This document shows, piece after piece, positions 27,271-38,086 of a stretch of 64,000 bases of DNA. Numbering within the stretch: position 1 is the stretch's first letter; each line of letters starts with the position of its first letter. The position numbers were made by a program, and so were the translations under genes. The DNA is taken from assembly GCA_023458375.1 (NCBI GenBank), contig JAEWZT010000001.1, positions 2,325 through 66,324 on the forward strand. The letters run 5' to 3'. The notes under the pieces were generated by a model. That model ran no database searches. It had not been told where the DNA came from and saw only the letters and a list, made by a program, of their open reading frames with translations. This stretch comes from Bacillota bacterium (lineage in GTDB: Bacteria > Bacillota > Clostridia > Christensenellales > CAG-314).

Positions 27271-29010
27271 TTGCTCAATTCCTATTATACAGTCAAGAAA
27301 AGATTGTCAATCATTTTGGTATTGGCAATCTTTCTTTTTGTAGTCATATTTTGCCGTTTAGGATATATACAAGTAATTTGGGGCGAAGATTTGCAGGCGA
27401 GGGCTTTTGACCAGTGGACGAGGGATTTGCCCCTTCAAGCTCTCAGGGGAGAAATATATGACAGAAACGGCGTTCTGCTAGTTACAAGCGAAAACTCTTA
27501 CGGCGTCTATGTGCGCAACAAAAATGTTAAAGATGCCGCCCTTACGGCAGAGATTTTATCTTCCTACCTGGGAGTAAATTATAATACCGTTTATTCAAAA
27601 ATTACCACAAAAGGGGTATCGGAAGTTACCATTAAAAGGCAAGTTGACGCCGCGACGGTCAAAGTTTTAAGGGAATACAACCTTTCGGGGGTGTATTTTG
27701 CCACCGAAAGCACGCGCAGCTATGTCTACGGCGATTTTTTGACGCAGGTTTTGGGTTTTGTGTCAGTTGACAATATCGGTCAAACGGGGCTTGAAGCCTA
27801 TTATAATAAGTATTTAACGGGTATAAACGGCTATGTGTATACGCAGTCGGATTTAATAGGCAGGGAACTTTATGATGAAAGCATGTTTTATCTGCCCGCC
27901 GTTGACGGGCTTGATTTGGTTCTGACGATAGACTACGCCATTCAAGCGGCGGTAGAAAATATAATGGAAATAGCCATAAAAGCGCATAACCCCCAAAACG
28001 TTAAATGCATTGTGCTTGACGTAACAAACGGGCAGATTTTGGCAATGGCAAGCAAACCCAGTTACAATTTAAACGATATTCCGCGCGACAATATAGAGCT
28101 TTTGATGGAGTATTCGCGCAACACCCTTTTAACGGACGTGTTTGAGCCGGGTTCAACCTTTAAAGTGCTTACGGCGGCGGCTTCTCTTGAAGAGGCGCGG
28201 CAGGGCAACACAAAGGCTTTTAACTCTTCTTACGTTTTCAGGAACAATTCAAACGTGCGCTATGTTGACGGCGGAAAAATAAGCTGCTGGACAAAACATA
28301 TTAACGGCAAGCACCAAAACCAAACGCTTGCCGACGCCTTAAACAACAGCTGCAACCCCATATTTACAGATATTGCTTTAAGTTTGGGCGAAAAAACAAT
28401 GTATAAGTATTTGGAGCTTTTCGGTTACGGCAGCAAGACGGGCATTGACTACGGGGGCGAACAGGGTGGCATACTGGTATCTCTTGACAGCGTTAGGCAA
28501 GGCGACTTGGCGCGCATAGGTTTCGGGCAAAGCATAGCGGTAACGGCAATTCAGCTTGCTATGGCTACGGCTGCTGCGGTAAACGGCGGGATACTTTACA
28601 GACCTTACTTTGTGAGCGAAATAATTGACGGCAAAACGGGTATAACTGCGCTTTCCTTTTCGCCTACGGCAATAAACAGGGCGATATCTGCGGAAACAAG
28701 CAAAGAGCTTGCTTTAATGCTTGAAGGGGTCGTTAAAAACGGCAGCGGAAAGGGCGCCTATATTGAGGGTTACAGAGTAGGCGGAAAAACGGGAACGGCT
28801 CAAAAATACGGTGAAAACGGCGCCGTAGCCGTAGGCAAATATGTATCTTCGTTTATAGGGTTTTTCCCCGCAAACGAGCCAAAATATCTTTGTTTGTTTA
28901 TAGTTGACGAACCGGTAGGCGCAAGCTACGGTTCGGTGGTTGCCGCTCCCTACGCCAAAATGGTGTTTGAGCAAATTATTAATATATACAACATTCCGCC
29001 CCAAGGGTAG
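27271..29010 (+). CDS. Class B penicillin-binding protein (FtsI/PBP2B/SpoVD family)
   Basis: STFK, SCN and KTGTA motifs; TTG start 6 nt after ggagga. Confidence 0.9.
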   Translation: MLNSYYTVKKRLSIILVLAIFLFVVIFCRLGYIQVIWGEDLQARAFDQWTRDLPLQALRGEIYDRNGVLLVTSENSYGVYVRNKNVKDAALTAEILSSYLGVNYNTVYSKITTKGVSEVTIKRQVDAATVKVLREYNLSGVYFATESTRSYVYGDFLTQVLGFVSVDNIGQTGLEAYYNKYLTGINGYVYTQSDLIGRELYDESMFYLPAVDGLDLVLTIDYAIQAAVENIMEIAIKAHNPQNVKCIVLDVTNGQILAMASKPSYNLNDIPRDNIELLMEYSRNTLLTDVFEPGSTFKVLTAAASLEEARQGNTKAFNSSYVFRNNSNVRYVDGGKISCWTKHINGKHQNQTLADALNNSCNPIFTDIALSLGEKTMYKYLELFGYGSKTGIDYGGEQGGILVSLDSVRQGDLARIGFGQSIAVTAIQLAMATAAAVNGGILYRPYFVSEIIDGKTGITALSFSPTAINRAISAETSKELALMLEGVVKNGSGKGAYIEGYRVGGKTGTAQKYGENGAVAVGKYVSSFIGFFPANEPKYLCLFIVDEPVGASYGSVVAAPYAKMVFEQIINIYNIPPQG

Positions 29011-29559
29011 TTAGGATTAAAATAGCTATGCAAAAGTCGGCAAAACGCTTGCTATCCACGCTACTTCCTGAGGTAATCTGCGTTTTAAAGCGGTGATTAT
29101 TTTGCCGCAAAATAAATATGTAAAATTTATCCTTTCCGAAACGGTAAAGGTAAGCACTTTTGAAAGGATTAGTTATCAACGGTAAAACATTTCTGCCCAC
29201 CAACCTCGCCTTTTTCTATGTTTTTAGTCATATAAAATGTAAACCACTTATTTTTGGTTCATATTTTAATAAAACTTTCAATTGTCATTTTAGTAATATA
29301 CACATTTTTGCTTTGAAAGCGCGGAATGAAATAGACTAATTTCAAAGGGATTATTGTCATAATCGTATTTATAGCTGTTTTTTCATAATGGAATAAAATA
29401 AGTACTTTTAAAGTATTATTGCGGACGTTTCTTTTTTAAACCTGATTTAAGTGCCCAATAAAAGTTCCTTTGGGCATAAAGAGTTAGGAAAAATAATAAA
29501 ATACAGCATACCAAAACCGCAATATATTCTTGCGTCAATTTATTTTGGAGGACAGTAGA

Positions 29560-30999
29560 ATGCACTTGACGGAGCTGCTCAGCGGAATCGCTTGCGAAAT
29601 AATAGGGGACGCGGATATAGACGTCAGCGCCCTTTGCCACCGCACCGATAAAGTTACCAAAGGATGCCTTTTTATATGTATTAAGGGCGGACAAGCAGAC
29701 AGCCACGATATGGCTTACCGCGCCGTATACGACGGGGCAAAAGCCCTTGTGGTGGAAAGGATATTGCCAAATATTAACGCCACCCAAATATTAGTATCGC
29801 AAAGCCGTTCGGCAATGGCGCTGCTTGCCAAAAACTTTTACCACCACGCCTGCCAAAAGCTTAAAATCGTGTGCATTATAGGCACCAACGGAAAAACTTC
29901 CACCACCTATTTAGCCCGTGGCATTTTTGACGCGGCGGGCTACAAAACGGCGGTCATAGGCACTAACGGTGTTTTTATAGGGGACAAACGCTACGAAACG
30001 CAGCTCACTACCCCCGACCCCATTGAACTGCACGGCTGGTTTGACAAGATGGCGGAGGAAGGGGTCAAATACGTCTTTATGGAGGCTTCGGCGCACGCGA
30101 TTTTTTTAAATAAGCTTGACGGCGTTATAGCCGACCTTGCCGCCTTTACAAATCTTTCACAAGACCATTTGGATTTTTTTCCTTCAATGAAAGAATATGC
30201 CGCATGCAAAAAATCTTTTTTCAACAGGCATCACGCGAAAGTATGCGTCGTTAATGCCGACGACGAGTTGGGCAAAGAGATTATTGCCCAAAACAGAATA
30301 CCTTGCGTGAGTTACGGATATACTTGTCCAAGCGAAGTATTTGCGCTTGACGTAAAGGACGGCGAAGAGGGGCTTGAATACGTCATAAATATTTTTGACG
30401 ACATCGGGCGGGTGAATTATCCTAATTTGCACGGGCTTTTTAACGTATACAATACCCTTTGCGCTTCCACAATCGCAAGGGTGTTCGGCATTAAGCTGCC
30501 CGAAATTGTTAAGGGAATACAAAGCGTTAAACGCATTGACGGAAGAAACGAAACGCTTTACCGCGGCGACGGGCTGAAAATCGTAGTTGACTTCGCGCAT
30601 ACGCCCGACGGTGTTGAAAACATACTTTCATATTTAAAAAAGGACTGCAAGGGAAAGCTTATTACGGTGTTCGGCTGCGGCGGCGACAGGGACAGATTCA
30701 AACGCCCTTTAATGGGCAAAATTGTAAGCAAGTATTCAGATTACTGCATTATAACAAACGATAACCCGCGCTTTGAGCCGCCCCACGCCATTATGGCGGA
30801 CATTGAATGCGGAGTTGAAATCAAATACGATAAAATTGCCGAGCGCAAGGAGGCTATTTTAAGCGCCTTAAAATCTGCCTTACCTAATGACACTGTGGCA
30901 ATTTTAGGCAAGGGCGCCGAAAGGTTTCAGGAAATAGAAGGAAGAAAAATACCTTACAGCGACTTTGATTTTTTGGAGGAAATTCTAAGTAAAAAGTGA
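29560..30999 (+). CDS. murE: UDP-N-acetylmuramoyl-L-alanyl-D-glutamate--2,6-diaminopimelate ligase
   Basis: GTNGKTST P-loop; DNPR motif (meso-DAP type). Start moved to ATG 29560 after SD ggagga. Confidence 0.9.
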   Translation: MHLTELLSGIACEIIGDADIDVSALCHRTDKVTKGCLFICIKGGQADSHDMAYRAVYDGAKALVVERILPNINATQILVSQSRSAMALLAKNFYHHACQKLKIVCIIGTNGKTSTTYLARGIFDAAGYKTAVIGTNGVFIGDKRYETQLTTPDPIELHGWFDKMAEEGVKYVFMEASAHAIFLNKLDGVIADLAAFTNLSQDHLDFFPSMKEYAACKKSFFNRHHAKVCVVNADDELGKEIIAQNRIPCVSYGYTCPSEVFALDVKDGEEGLEYVINIFDDIGRVNYPNLHGLFNVYNTLCASTIARVFGIKLPEIVKGIQSVKRIDGRNETLYRGDGLKIVVDFAHTPDGVENILSYLKKDCKGKLITVFGCGGDRDRFKRPLMGKIVSKYSDYCIITNDNPRFEPPHAIMADIECGVEIKYDKIAERKEAILSALKSALPNDTVAILGKGAERFQEIEGRKIPYSDFDFLEEILSKK

Positions 31000-32000
31000 A
31001 AGCTTGGGTTTTACTTGCCGCCCTTTTTCTGGGTGGTTTATGCTGCGCCGCGCTTCTTCCTATTTTAAAAAGGCTTAAAGCGGGGCAGGAGATTTTAAGC
31101 TACGTCGCCGAGCATAAGGGCAAATCGGGCACGCCCACTATGGGCGGCTTGGCGTTTATGGCGGCAACGGGCATTTGCTGCCTTTTTATGCTGGGGCAAA
31201 ACAACACGTTGGCGCTGCTTGCTTTTTTAGTTTCTCTTGCCTATTGTTTTGTAGGGCTTTTAGACGACGTTATCAAACTTAAATACAAGCGCAACGAAGG
31301 GCTGATGGCTTATCAAAAAATTATTGTGCAGCTGCTTGTCGCAATTATAGTCGCGCTTTTTGTCTATCATAATCCCTATGTCGGTTCAAAAATGGTAATT
31401 CCTTTTACTCAAAATGAAGTTGAGCTGGGCTGGTGGAGCGTCCCTTTAATAATTTTTGTATTTTTGTCGGTAACAAACGGGGTCAACCTTACAGACGGGC
31501 TTGACGGGCTTGCCTCTTCCGTAACAATTTGCTATTTGGGCATAACGGTGCTTTTGATAACTTTTTTCAAAAACCAAGCGCTTTTGGCGGGCGAAACGCT
31601 TGTAGCCGCCGAATACGACGGAATGATAATTTTGCTTTTAATTTATATCGGCGCGCTTGCGGCGTTTATGCTTTTTAACTGCAATCCCGCATATATGTTT
31701 ATGGGGGATACGGGCTCAATGGCGCTGGGCGGAATAGTGGCTTGCGGCAGTATTTTTACTAAAATGACGCTGTTTATTCCAATAATCGGCGTTATGTTCG
31801 TTATTTCCTGCGTTACCGTTTTGTTTCAAGTGAGCTATTTCAAAGCGACTAAGGGTAAAAGGCTCTTTTTAATGTCGCCTTACCACCATCATTTGCAGAA
31901 AAAAGGGCTTTCGGAGTGGCGCATAGGGGTGATTTATTGTTTGGCTACCCTTATTATGGGGGGCGTCGTGCTGTTGTTTTACAGAGGCGGAGGGGTTTGA
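30996..32000 (+). CDS. mraY: Phospho-N-acetylmuramoyl-pentapeptide transferase
   Basis: GTPTMGG, DD..K, NLTDGLDGLA, GDTGS. Confidence 0.95.
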   Translation: MKAWVLLAALFLGGLCCAALLPILKRLKAGQEILSYVAEHKGKSGTPTMGGLAFMAATGICCLFMLGQNNTLALLAFLVSLAYCFVGLLDDVIKLKYKRNEGLMAYQKIIVQLLVAIIVALFVYHNPYVGSKMVIPFTQNEVELGWWSVPLIIFVFLSVTNGVNLTDGLDGLASSVTICYLGITVLLITFFKNQALLAGETLVAAEYDGMIILLLIYIGALAAFMLFNCNPAYMFMGDTGSMALGGIVACGSIFTKMTLFIPIIGVMFVISCVTVLFQVSYFKATKGKRLFLMSPYHHHLQKKGLSEWRIGVIYCLATLIMGGVVLLFYRGGGV

Positions 32001-33295
32001 TGAGCATTATTATCTACGGTATGGGTTTAAGCGGCGAGGCGCTTAAAAATAGATTAAAAAATCAAAATCTGATTTTTTATGACGATAACCCCCAAAAAAG
32101 CCAAGTTACATACGAGCAGGCGCTGCTTTCCCTTGGTAAAACTTCACTGGTAATCTTTTCGCCAGGCGTCCCCAAAGACGCCCCGTTGCTTTTAAGGTGC
32201 AAAGAGCTTAATATCAAGGCGATATGCGAATTTGAGTTCGGCGTTAGAAAAATTAAAGCGCGCCAAATAGCTGTAACGGGCACAAACGGAAAAACTACCG
32301 TTTGCCAGCTAATCCACCATATATTGATGCGATGCGGCAAAAAGTCTTATCTATTGGGCAACGTAGGCAATCCCGTATCAGCCCTTACGGCGTCTAATGA
32401 AGACGAGTTTGCCGTCATAGAGGCTTCAAGTTTTCAGCTTGAAGATTTTAACGGCTACAATCCTTTTGTAGCCGCCATTACCAACATTGCGCCCGACCAT
32501 ATAGACAGGCACAAAAGTTTTGAAAATTACATACTTGCAAAATGCAATATATTTTTGAACCAAAGCGGTGAGGGGCACGCGCTTTTTAACTATGACGACC
32601 TTTGCGTCAAAGAATTGTCTTGCCTGTGTAAAAGTGACAGAGTTTTTTACAGCATGAAAGAAAAAAACATAAGAGGCTGTTTTTTGCAAGAAAACTTTGC
32701 CGTCTGCACGCTTTTTGAATCAACATACTACATAAAGTTACAAAATATAAAATACTATGTTAAACATAATATATCAAATATACTTTGCGCCGTTACCGCA
32801 TCGCTTTTAGCAGGCGCGCAGGCGGAGCAAATTGAGCGGGCTTTATTGGACTTTTCTTTTGACAAACACAGGCTGCAATACGTTGACGCCGTAAAAGGCG
32901 TTAAGTTTTATAACGATTCCAAAGGCACTAACATTCACGCGACGCTTTCCGCAATAGGCAACTTTGACAGCTACTGCCTAATACTGGGAGGGCTAAGCAA
33001 AGGCTGTTCTTACGACGAATTGTTTGAAAACATGTGCGGCTGCAAGTTCGCCTGCGTCATAGGCAGCAACTCGGACGAAGTTTTTTGCGCCGCTAAAAGA
33101 AAGGGCTTTTTTAACATTGCTTTTTGCGAAACGCTTGAAAAAGCCGCCCAATTATGCTTTGAAAAAGCGCTTGAACTTAACGCCTCCTGCGTTTTGCTTT
33201 CCCCCGCTTCCGCCAGTTTTGATATGTTTAAGGATTATAAAGAACGCGGCGACATATATATTAAAAGCGTGTATGAAATTAAAGCTAAGTTTTAA
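32000..33295 (+). CDS. murD: UDP-N-acetylmuramoylalanine--D-glutamate ligase
   Basis: VTGTNGKTT. Start at ATG 32000 overlaps the mraY stop (tgATG). The track start 31916 lies inside mraY. Confidence 0.9.
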   Translation: MSIIIYGMGLSGEALKNRLKNQNLIFYDDNPQKSQVTYEQALLSLGKTSLVIFSPGVPKDAPLLLRCKELNIKAICEFEFGVRKIKARQIAVTGTNGKTTVCQLIHHILMRCGKKSYLLGNVGNPVSALTASNEDEFAVIEASSFQLEDFNGYNPFVAAITNIAPDHIDRHKSFENYILAKCNIFLNQSGEGHALFNYDDLCVKELSCLCKSDRVFYSMKEKNIRGCFLQENFAVCTLFESTYYIKLQNIKYYVKHNISNILCAVTASLLAGAQAEQIERALLDFSFDKHRLQYVDAVKGVKFYNDSKGTNIHATLSAIGNFDSYCLILGGLSKGCSYDELFENMCGCKFACVIGSNSDEVFCAAKRKGFFNIAFCETLEKAAQLCFEKALELNASCVLLSPASASFDMFKDYKERGDIYIKSVYEIKAKF

Positions 33296-34394
33296 CAACA
33301 TAAAGTATATAGACAAAACGCTGCTTTTTTGCGTGCTTGCCCTTTCTCTTTTGGGACTTATTTTTCTTTACAGCGCAAGTAACTATTCCGCCCTTAACGA
33401 ACACGGCGACGCTTTCTATTATGTCAAAAAGCAGGCAGTGGGTTTAGCAGTCGGCTTAGCAGGTATGTTTTTTGCATGCGTATTAAGCGATGATTTTTTT
33501 AAAAAGCTTGCCTTTCCGCTTTTGATTGTTTCCTTTGCGCTTTTAGGGCTTGTATTTGTCCCCGTGATAGGTATAGAAAACTACGGCGCGCGAAGGTGGA
33601 TAGGCATAGGCAGCTTTTCATTTCAGCCTTCCGAAATCGCCAAGTTTGCTTTTGTGCTGTTTTGCGCCTACTATATGTCAAAGGAAAAAGTAAATACCTC
33701 GCGCTTTCTGCACAATCTGCCCGTTGCGGGGGCGGGGCTTGCAATTTGCCTTTTAATCATTCTTGAACCGAATATGTCAATAACCGTATGCGTAGCCCTT
33801 GTCATGGTGGTTATGCTTTTCATCGGCGGCATGAGGTTAAAGCATTTTATACTAAGCCTTCTGCCTATTGTGGCTGCGGTGCCGGTGCTGATTATAATGG
33901 AACCTTACAGAATACAGCGGCTCCTTGCCTTTTTGGACCCCTTTGCTTCCCCCAAAGAGGAGGGTTACCAGCTTGTTCAATCGCTTTATGCTTTGGGCAG
34001 CGGCGGCTGGTTTGGCGTGGGCATAGGCAACAGCCGCCAAAAATATCTGTTTTTGCCTTTTGCCGAAAGCGACTTTATTTTTTCTGTAATCGGAGAGGAA
34101 ACGGGGCTTGTCGGATGCGCGCTTGTAATGGCGCTTTTTCTAATTTTAATTATCAAAGGCGTAAAAATTGCCATAAACTCCTATTCGCGCTTTCATTGCC
34201 TTTTAGCGTCGGGTATTACCGCCGTTATCGCCATACAAACACTTGTAAACCTTGCGGTGGTAACGGGCAGTATTCCGCCTACGGGTTTGCCCCTTCCTTT
34301 TATAAGTTACGGCGGAACCTCTCTTGTAGTATTTATGACGGCGGCGGGGGTGCTTTTAAACATTTCCGGCAAGCAAAAAAGCCGCTTAACATAA
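33273..34394 (+). CDS. ftsW: SEDS-family peptidoglycan polymerase FtsW/SpoVE
   Basis: RWI..G.FSFQPSE, ESDFIFS.IGEE.G, PFISYGGTS. Start at ATG 33273 (MKLKLSF), overlapping the end of murD. Confidence 0.85.
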   Translation: MKLKLSFNNIKYIDKTLLFCVLALSLLGLIFLYSASNYSALNEHGDAFYYVKKQAVGLAVGLAGMFFACVLSDDFFKKLAFPLLIVSFALLGLVFVPVIGIENYGARRWIGIGSFSFQPSEIAKFAFVLFCAYYMSKEKVNTSRFLHNLPVAGAGLAICLLIILEPNMSITVCVALVMVVMLFIGGMRLKHFILSLLPIVAAVPVLIIMEPYRIQRLLAFLDPFASPKEEGYQLVQSLYALGSGGWFGVGIGNSRQKYLFLPFAESDFIFSVIGEETGLVGCALVMALFLILIIKGVKIAINSYSRFHCLLASGITAVIAIQTLVNLAVVTGSIPPTGLPLPFISYGGTSLVVFMTAAGVLLNISGKQKSRLT

Positions 34395-34506
34395 AAATTA
34401 CCGCCGCCATATTATAAAAACGGGTAGGCGGTTTGTCGGAAAATGTGGCGGCGCGCGTAAGTATGCCGTTTTGCCGATAAATCACCTCAACATGCTAACG
34501 AGGTGA

Positions 34507-35760
34507 ATGATGAACGCTTTTGAGGTTCAAGGCGGATACAAATTAGAGGGGGAGCTTAAAGTAAGCAAGGCGAAAAACTGCGTTCTTGCACTGCTTGCCG
34601 CAAGCATACTTACCGAAGAAGAAGTAATTTTAAGGCAATGTCCGCGTATACTTGACGTTTACAGTATGATAAATATTTTGGAAAGCTTGGGCGTTAAAGT
34701 AGTATGGCAAGAGGACGCGATTTTAATAAACGCCTCTTGCATAAACAGTTATGAAATACCTTCCTGCTATGCCAAGGAAATAAGAAGCTCTATCTTTTTG
34801 ATGGGCTCTATTTTGGGGCGCTTAAAAAAGTCCAAGGCGGTTTTCCCCGGCGGCTGCGACATTGGGTTAAGACCTATTGACCTGCATTTGAGGGGTTTTA
34901 GGGCTTTAAATATCAAAGTGGACGAATACGGCGGGCACTTATACTGCGACGGCGAAAACGCGCGCGGCAGCAACATTCACCTTGATTTCCCAAGCGTGGG
35001 CGCAACGGAAAATATAATTATGGCGGCGGTTTTGACAAAAGGGCGAACCGTAATAAGCAACGTTGCAAAAGAACCGGAAGTTGTTGCGCTTCAAAATCTG
35101 CTTGTCAATATGGGCGCAAAAATCAGCGGCGCGGGCACGTCGGAAATTGTAATTGAGGGCGTGGAAAAACTTCACGGCGTAGATTTTACCCCTATACCCG
35201 ACAGAATAGTGGCGGGCACCTATCTGCTTGCCGCGGCGGTAACAAAGGGGGAATTAAATGTTACGGGCTGCTGTCCTTCTGACATGAGCGCTTTAATAAG
35301 CAAAATTGACTGCGTTTACGGCGACCTTAGGGTAGGCAAGGATTACATCTACATAAAAGCTTATGAAAAGCTTAAAAGCATTAAGATTGTTGAAACGCAG
35401 CCTTATCCCGGTTTTCCCACCGATTTGCAGGCTCAGATTTTGGCAACGCAGACCATTGCCGACGGCGCCGGTTTAATTGTTGAAAATATGTTTGAAACGC
35501 GCTTTAAGCACGTCCCCGAACTATTAAAAATGGGCGCTGACATCATCGTGCGCGACAGGACGGCGCTTGTAAGGGGCATTGCAAGGCTTCAAGGGGCGCA
35601 GGTGGCTGCTTTTGACCTTAGGGGCGGCGCGTCTTTGATGCTCGCGGGGCTTGCTGCGGAGGGCACTACTACGGTAATTAACGCGCGCCACGTTGATAGG
35701 GGATACTATTTATTTGACCAAGAATTAAACTCCGTAGGGGCAAAAATAAAAAGGATATAG
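34507..35760 (+). CDS. murA: UDP-N-acetylglucosamine 1-carboxyvinyltransferase
   Basis: KAKNCVL.LLAA, active-site PGGCDIGLRPIDLH, FPTD.QA. Confidence 0.9.
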   Translation: MMNAFEVQGGYKLEGELKVSKAKNCVLALLAASILTEEEVILRQCPRILDVYSMINILESLGVKVVWQEDAILINASCINSYEIPSCYAKEIRSSIFLMGSILGRLKKSKAVFPGGCDIGLRPIDLHLRGFRALNIKVDEYGGHLYCDGENARGSNIHLDFPSVGATENIIMAAVLTKGRTVISNVAKEPEVVALQNLLVNMGAKISGAGTSEIVIEGVEKLHGVDFTPIPDRIVAGTYLLAAAVTKGELNVTGCCPSDMSALISKIDCVYGDLRVGKDYIYIKAYEKLKSIKIVETQPYPGFPTDLQAQILATQTIADGAGLIVENMFETRFKHVPELLKMGADIIVRDRTALVRGIARLQGAQVAAFDLRGGASLMLAGLAAEGTTTVINARHVDRGYYLFDQELNSVGAKIKRI

Positions 35761-36114
35761 CGCTCTTTAATTCGCAAATCAAAACTGTAACGCAAAAGTC
35801 CAAAGCCGCTTTTAGAGGTTAATACATTAAAGATGTTTGTTTTGCCCGTGAAAAAATCGCGGGCATTTTCTTTATATAACATTATTTTTACAGACAAACG
35901 GGCGAACTTTTTCGCGACATAATTAGACAGTCTTTGGAAAGATAAAAATACCGTCGCCTGTCCAAAGAGATTTTTTCTATTTCTGAAACCTTAAAAAAAT
36001 AAATCCGCATTTTACAATTATCTTTTTGCGCGTTTTTATACCGATATATTTTGCAGTTGTATTATTGACTTTGAAAAGGGTGTAAGGTATAATACTTTAA
36101 TAACGGGTGAACGG

Positions 36115-36885
36115 ATGAAAAAAAGACTTATCGCTATATTTACCGTGCTCTTAATCGTCGCTGTGGTAGTCATATTAAACAGCGCCGTCTTCACTTTGCA
36201 AAAAGCCGAAATATATTTTTACAACGAAGAGGGCAATCTAGCCCAAGCCCCGTCGGGTTTAAGCAGCGCCGCTTTAATAGAAGACTATTTGGGTCATAAT
36301 ATCTTTTTTCTTTCCGAAAAGGACCTTATTGCCTCAATAGAGGCAAAAGCGCAGTATTCTGATTACTATGTCGTAGGCGTGGTAAGGCATTTTCCCGACG
36401 TGGTGTCGGTGCATTTAGCGGCACGCGTTCCCGTGTTTTATCTCAACAAGGGCGGCGTGGGCTACCTTTTGGATATTAAAGGCTTTGTGGTAAGTTCGGG
36501 GCAAAGCTATTCCTCAAAATACATAAATATCAGCGGCAATTTTTCTTCGGGAGTAACAAATATAGAGGAGCATAGCCAAATAGTTTTGGGCAAAGACGCC
36601 CAAACGAGATATGATTACATTCAAAAAAGTGCGTCAACGGTGTGGCGCTTAAATTACGATTATTCGGAGATATCCCAAATTATTGAAGGTTTTTTGTTTG
36701 AGGGGGACGACGTTACGGTAATAACCAAAACGGGCGCAAAAATTGTGATACAAAAAGCCGAAACGGACTACGAAAAACGATTTATTAAAGCTTTGGGAGT
36801 ATATTCCAACACCTCTCTTGACGTGAAAGGCTCGGGCAGTGTAATTACCGTTGACGAAAAGGGTCGCGTTACCACTACAAAATAA
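36115..36885 (+). CDS. ftsQ: Cell division protein FtsQ/DivIB
   Basis: N-terminal TM plus a POTRA-like region; position before ftsA. Promoter TTGACT-17-TATAAT at ~36066-36094. Confidence 0.7.
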   Translation: MKKRLIAIFTVLLIVAVVVILNSAVFTLQKAEIYFYNEEGNLAQAPSGLSSAALIEDYLGHNIFFLSEKDLIASIEAKAQYSDYYVVGVVRHFPDVVSVHLAARVPVFYLNKGGVGYLLDIKGFVVSSGQSYSSKYINISGNFSSGVTNIEEHSQIVLGKDAQTRYDYIQKSASTVWRLNYDYSEISQIIEGFLFEGDDVTVITKTGAKIVIQKAETDYEKRFIKALGVYSNTSLDVKGSGSVITVDEKGRVTTTK

Positions 36886-36898
36886 AGCGGAGATACAA

Positions 36899-38044
36899 AT
36901 GAAAAATGATATTATAACTGCGCTGGACTTCCGTTCCGGCAAAATAACGTGCTTTTCCTGTATGCCAAGCCCCGAGGGCTTTATTATTACAGGCGGAGGC
37001 GAAAGCGCCTACGGCGGTTATTATGAGGGCGAATTTTTAGAAGAAGAGCAGCTTGCGCAGGCAGTTGCCTCGGCAATAACGCGCTGCGAGAGGGGCAAAG
37101 AAGCAATAAAGAAAGTATATGTCGGCGTCCCGGGAGAGTTTACTTCGGTAGTTACGGGGGAAGCCAGCTTACTTTTTTCCGCAAAAAAACGCATTACCCG
37201 CGAGGATACGATGGAACTGCTGCGTAAAGCAAACCTTTACAGCGGCGTAAAGGGCTATAATTTAATTAGCCGTTCCTCAATTTATTATATTATAAACGAC
37301 GAAACGCGCACAATTGACCCAGTGGGTCATACGGCTTCAAAGCTTACGGTAATGGCTTCTTACATATTTTTAAGCGATTACTTTAAAGAGTGCGTTGACA
37401 AAGCGCTTAAAGCTAAGGGTGTTGAGGCGGAAGAATATGTGTCAAGCTGCCTTACGCAGGCGTTATATCTTGTGGATGCACAGCAGCGCGACAACTTTGC
37501 GATACTTATGGACGTAGGCTATATGTCGTCAAGCGTTGTGCTCATAGGGGGCGACGGACTGCTTTTTTTAAAATCCTTTTCAATGGGAAGCGGACATATT
37601 GAGGGCGACTTGTGCGAAGTTTTAGGCTGTCCCTTTGAAATGGCGCGCCAACTTTTCAAAAGCGTCAATTTAAACTTGGAGTTTGGCGATAAGGACAACT
37701 ATACCCTCAAAGAGGGCGTGGAGTTTAACGCCGTCAAGACTAACGAAGTAGTAAAGGCGCGCATTGAGGAAATTGCGCGTTATACAATACAGTGCTTTGA
37801 AGACTGCGAATACGATATTCCCCCTCAAACCCCCATATTCTTGGGCGGCGAGGGATTAATAAACACCAAAGGTGCGGCAGAAGAGCTTACGAAATGTTTC
37901 GGCAAGCAGGTTAAAGTCATTAAAACCCCCGCGACCTTAACGGATAAGAAAGAATACGCTTCGGCATACAGCTTGCTAGACCTAGCATGCAAGCAAAGCG
38001 CCCCGCAGAAAAAGAATTTTCTAAACTGGCTAAAACGCAAATAG
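36899..38044 (+). CDS. ftsA: Cell division protein FtsA
   Basis: Actin-like fold (ALDFRSGKI, DVGYMSS, GGEG). Start moved to ATG 36899. Confidence 0.8.
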   Translation: MKNDIITALDFRSGKITCFSCMPSPEGFIITGGGESAYGGYYEGEFLEEEQLAQAVASAITRCERGKEAIKKVYVGVPGEFTSVVTGEASLLFSAKKRITREDTMELLRKANLYSGVKGYNLISRSSIYYIINDETRTIDPVGHTASKLTVMASYIFLSDYFKECVDKALKAKGVEAEEYVSSCLTQALYLVDAQQRDNFAILMDVGYMSSSVVLIGGDGLLFLKSFSMGSGHIEGDLCEVLGCPFEMARQLFKSVNLNLEFGDKDNYTLKEGVEFNAVKTNEVVKARIEEIARYTIQCFEDCEYDIPPQTPIFLGGEGLINTKGAAEELTKCFGKQVKVIKTPATLTDKKEYASAYSLLDLACKQSAPQKKNFLNWLKRK

Positions 38045-38086
38045 TTTTTGCTTTAACACGAGTAAATGTGGAGGAATAAATAATTT

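Noticed and set aside
28979-29787. Minus-strand ORFs 28979..29203 and 29416..29787, plus a 22-codon + ORF at ~29029, in the pbp-murE gap.
   Set aside because: There are no SDs. One overlaps the murE coding sequence in antisense. The region is AT-rich promoter-like DNA. This is insufficient evidence for coding.
33788-34417. 209-aa alternative-frame ORF within ftsW/spoVE.
   Set aside because: It gives Arg/Cys/Gly-rich off-frame translation of a well-supported SEDS gene, with no independent signals.
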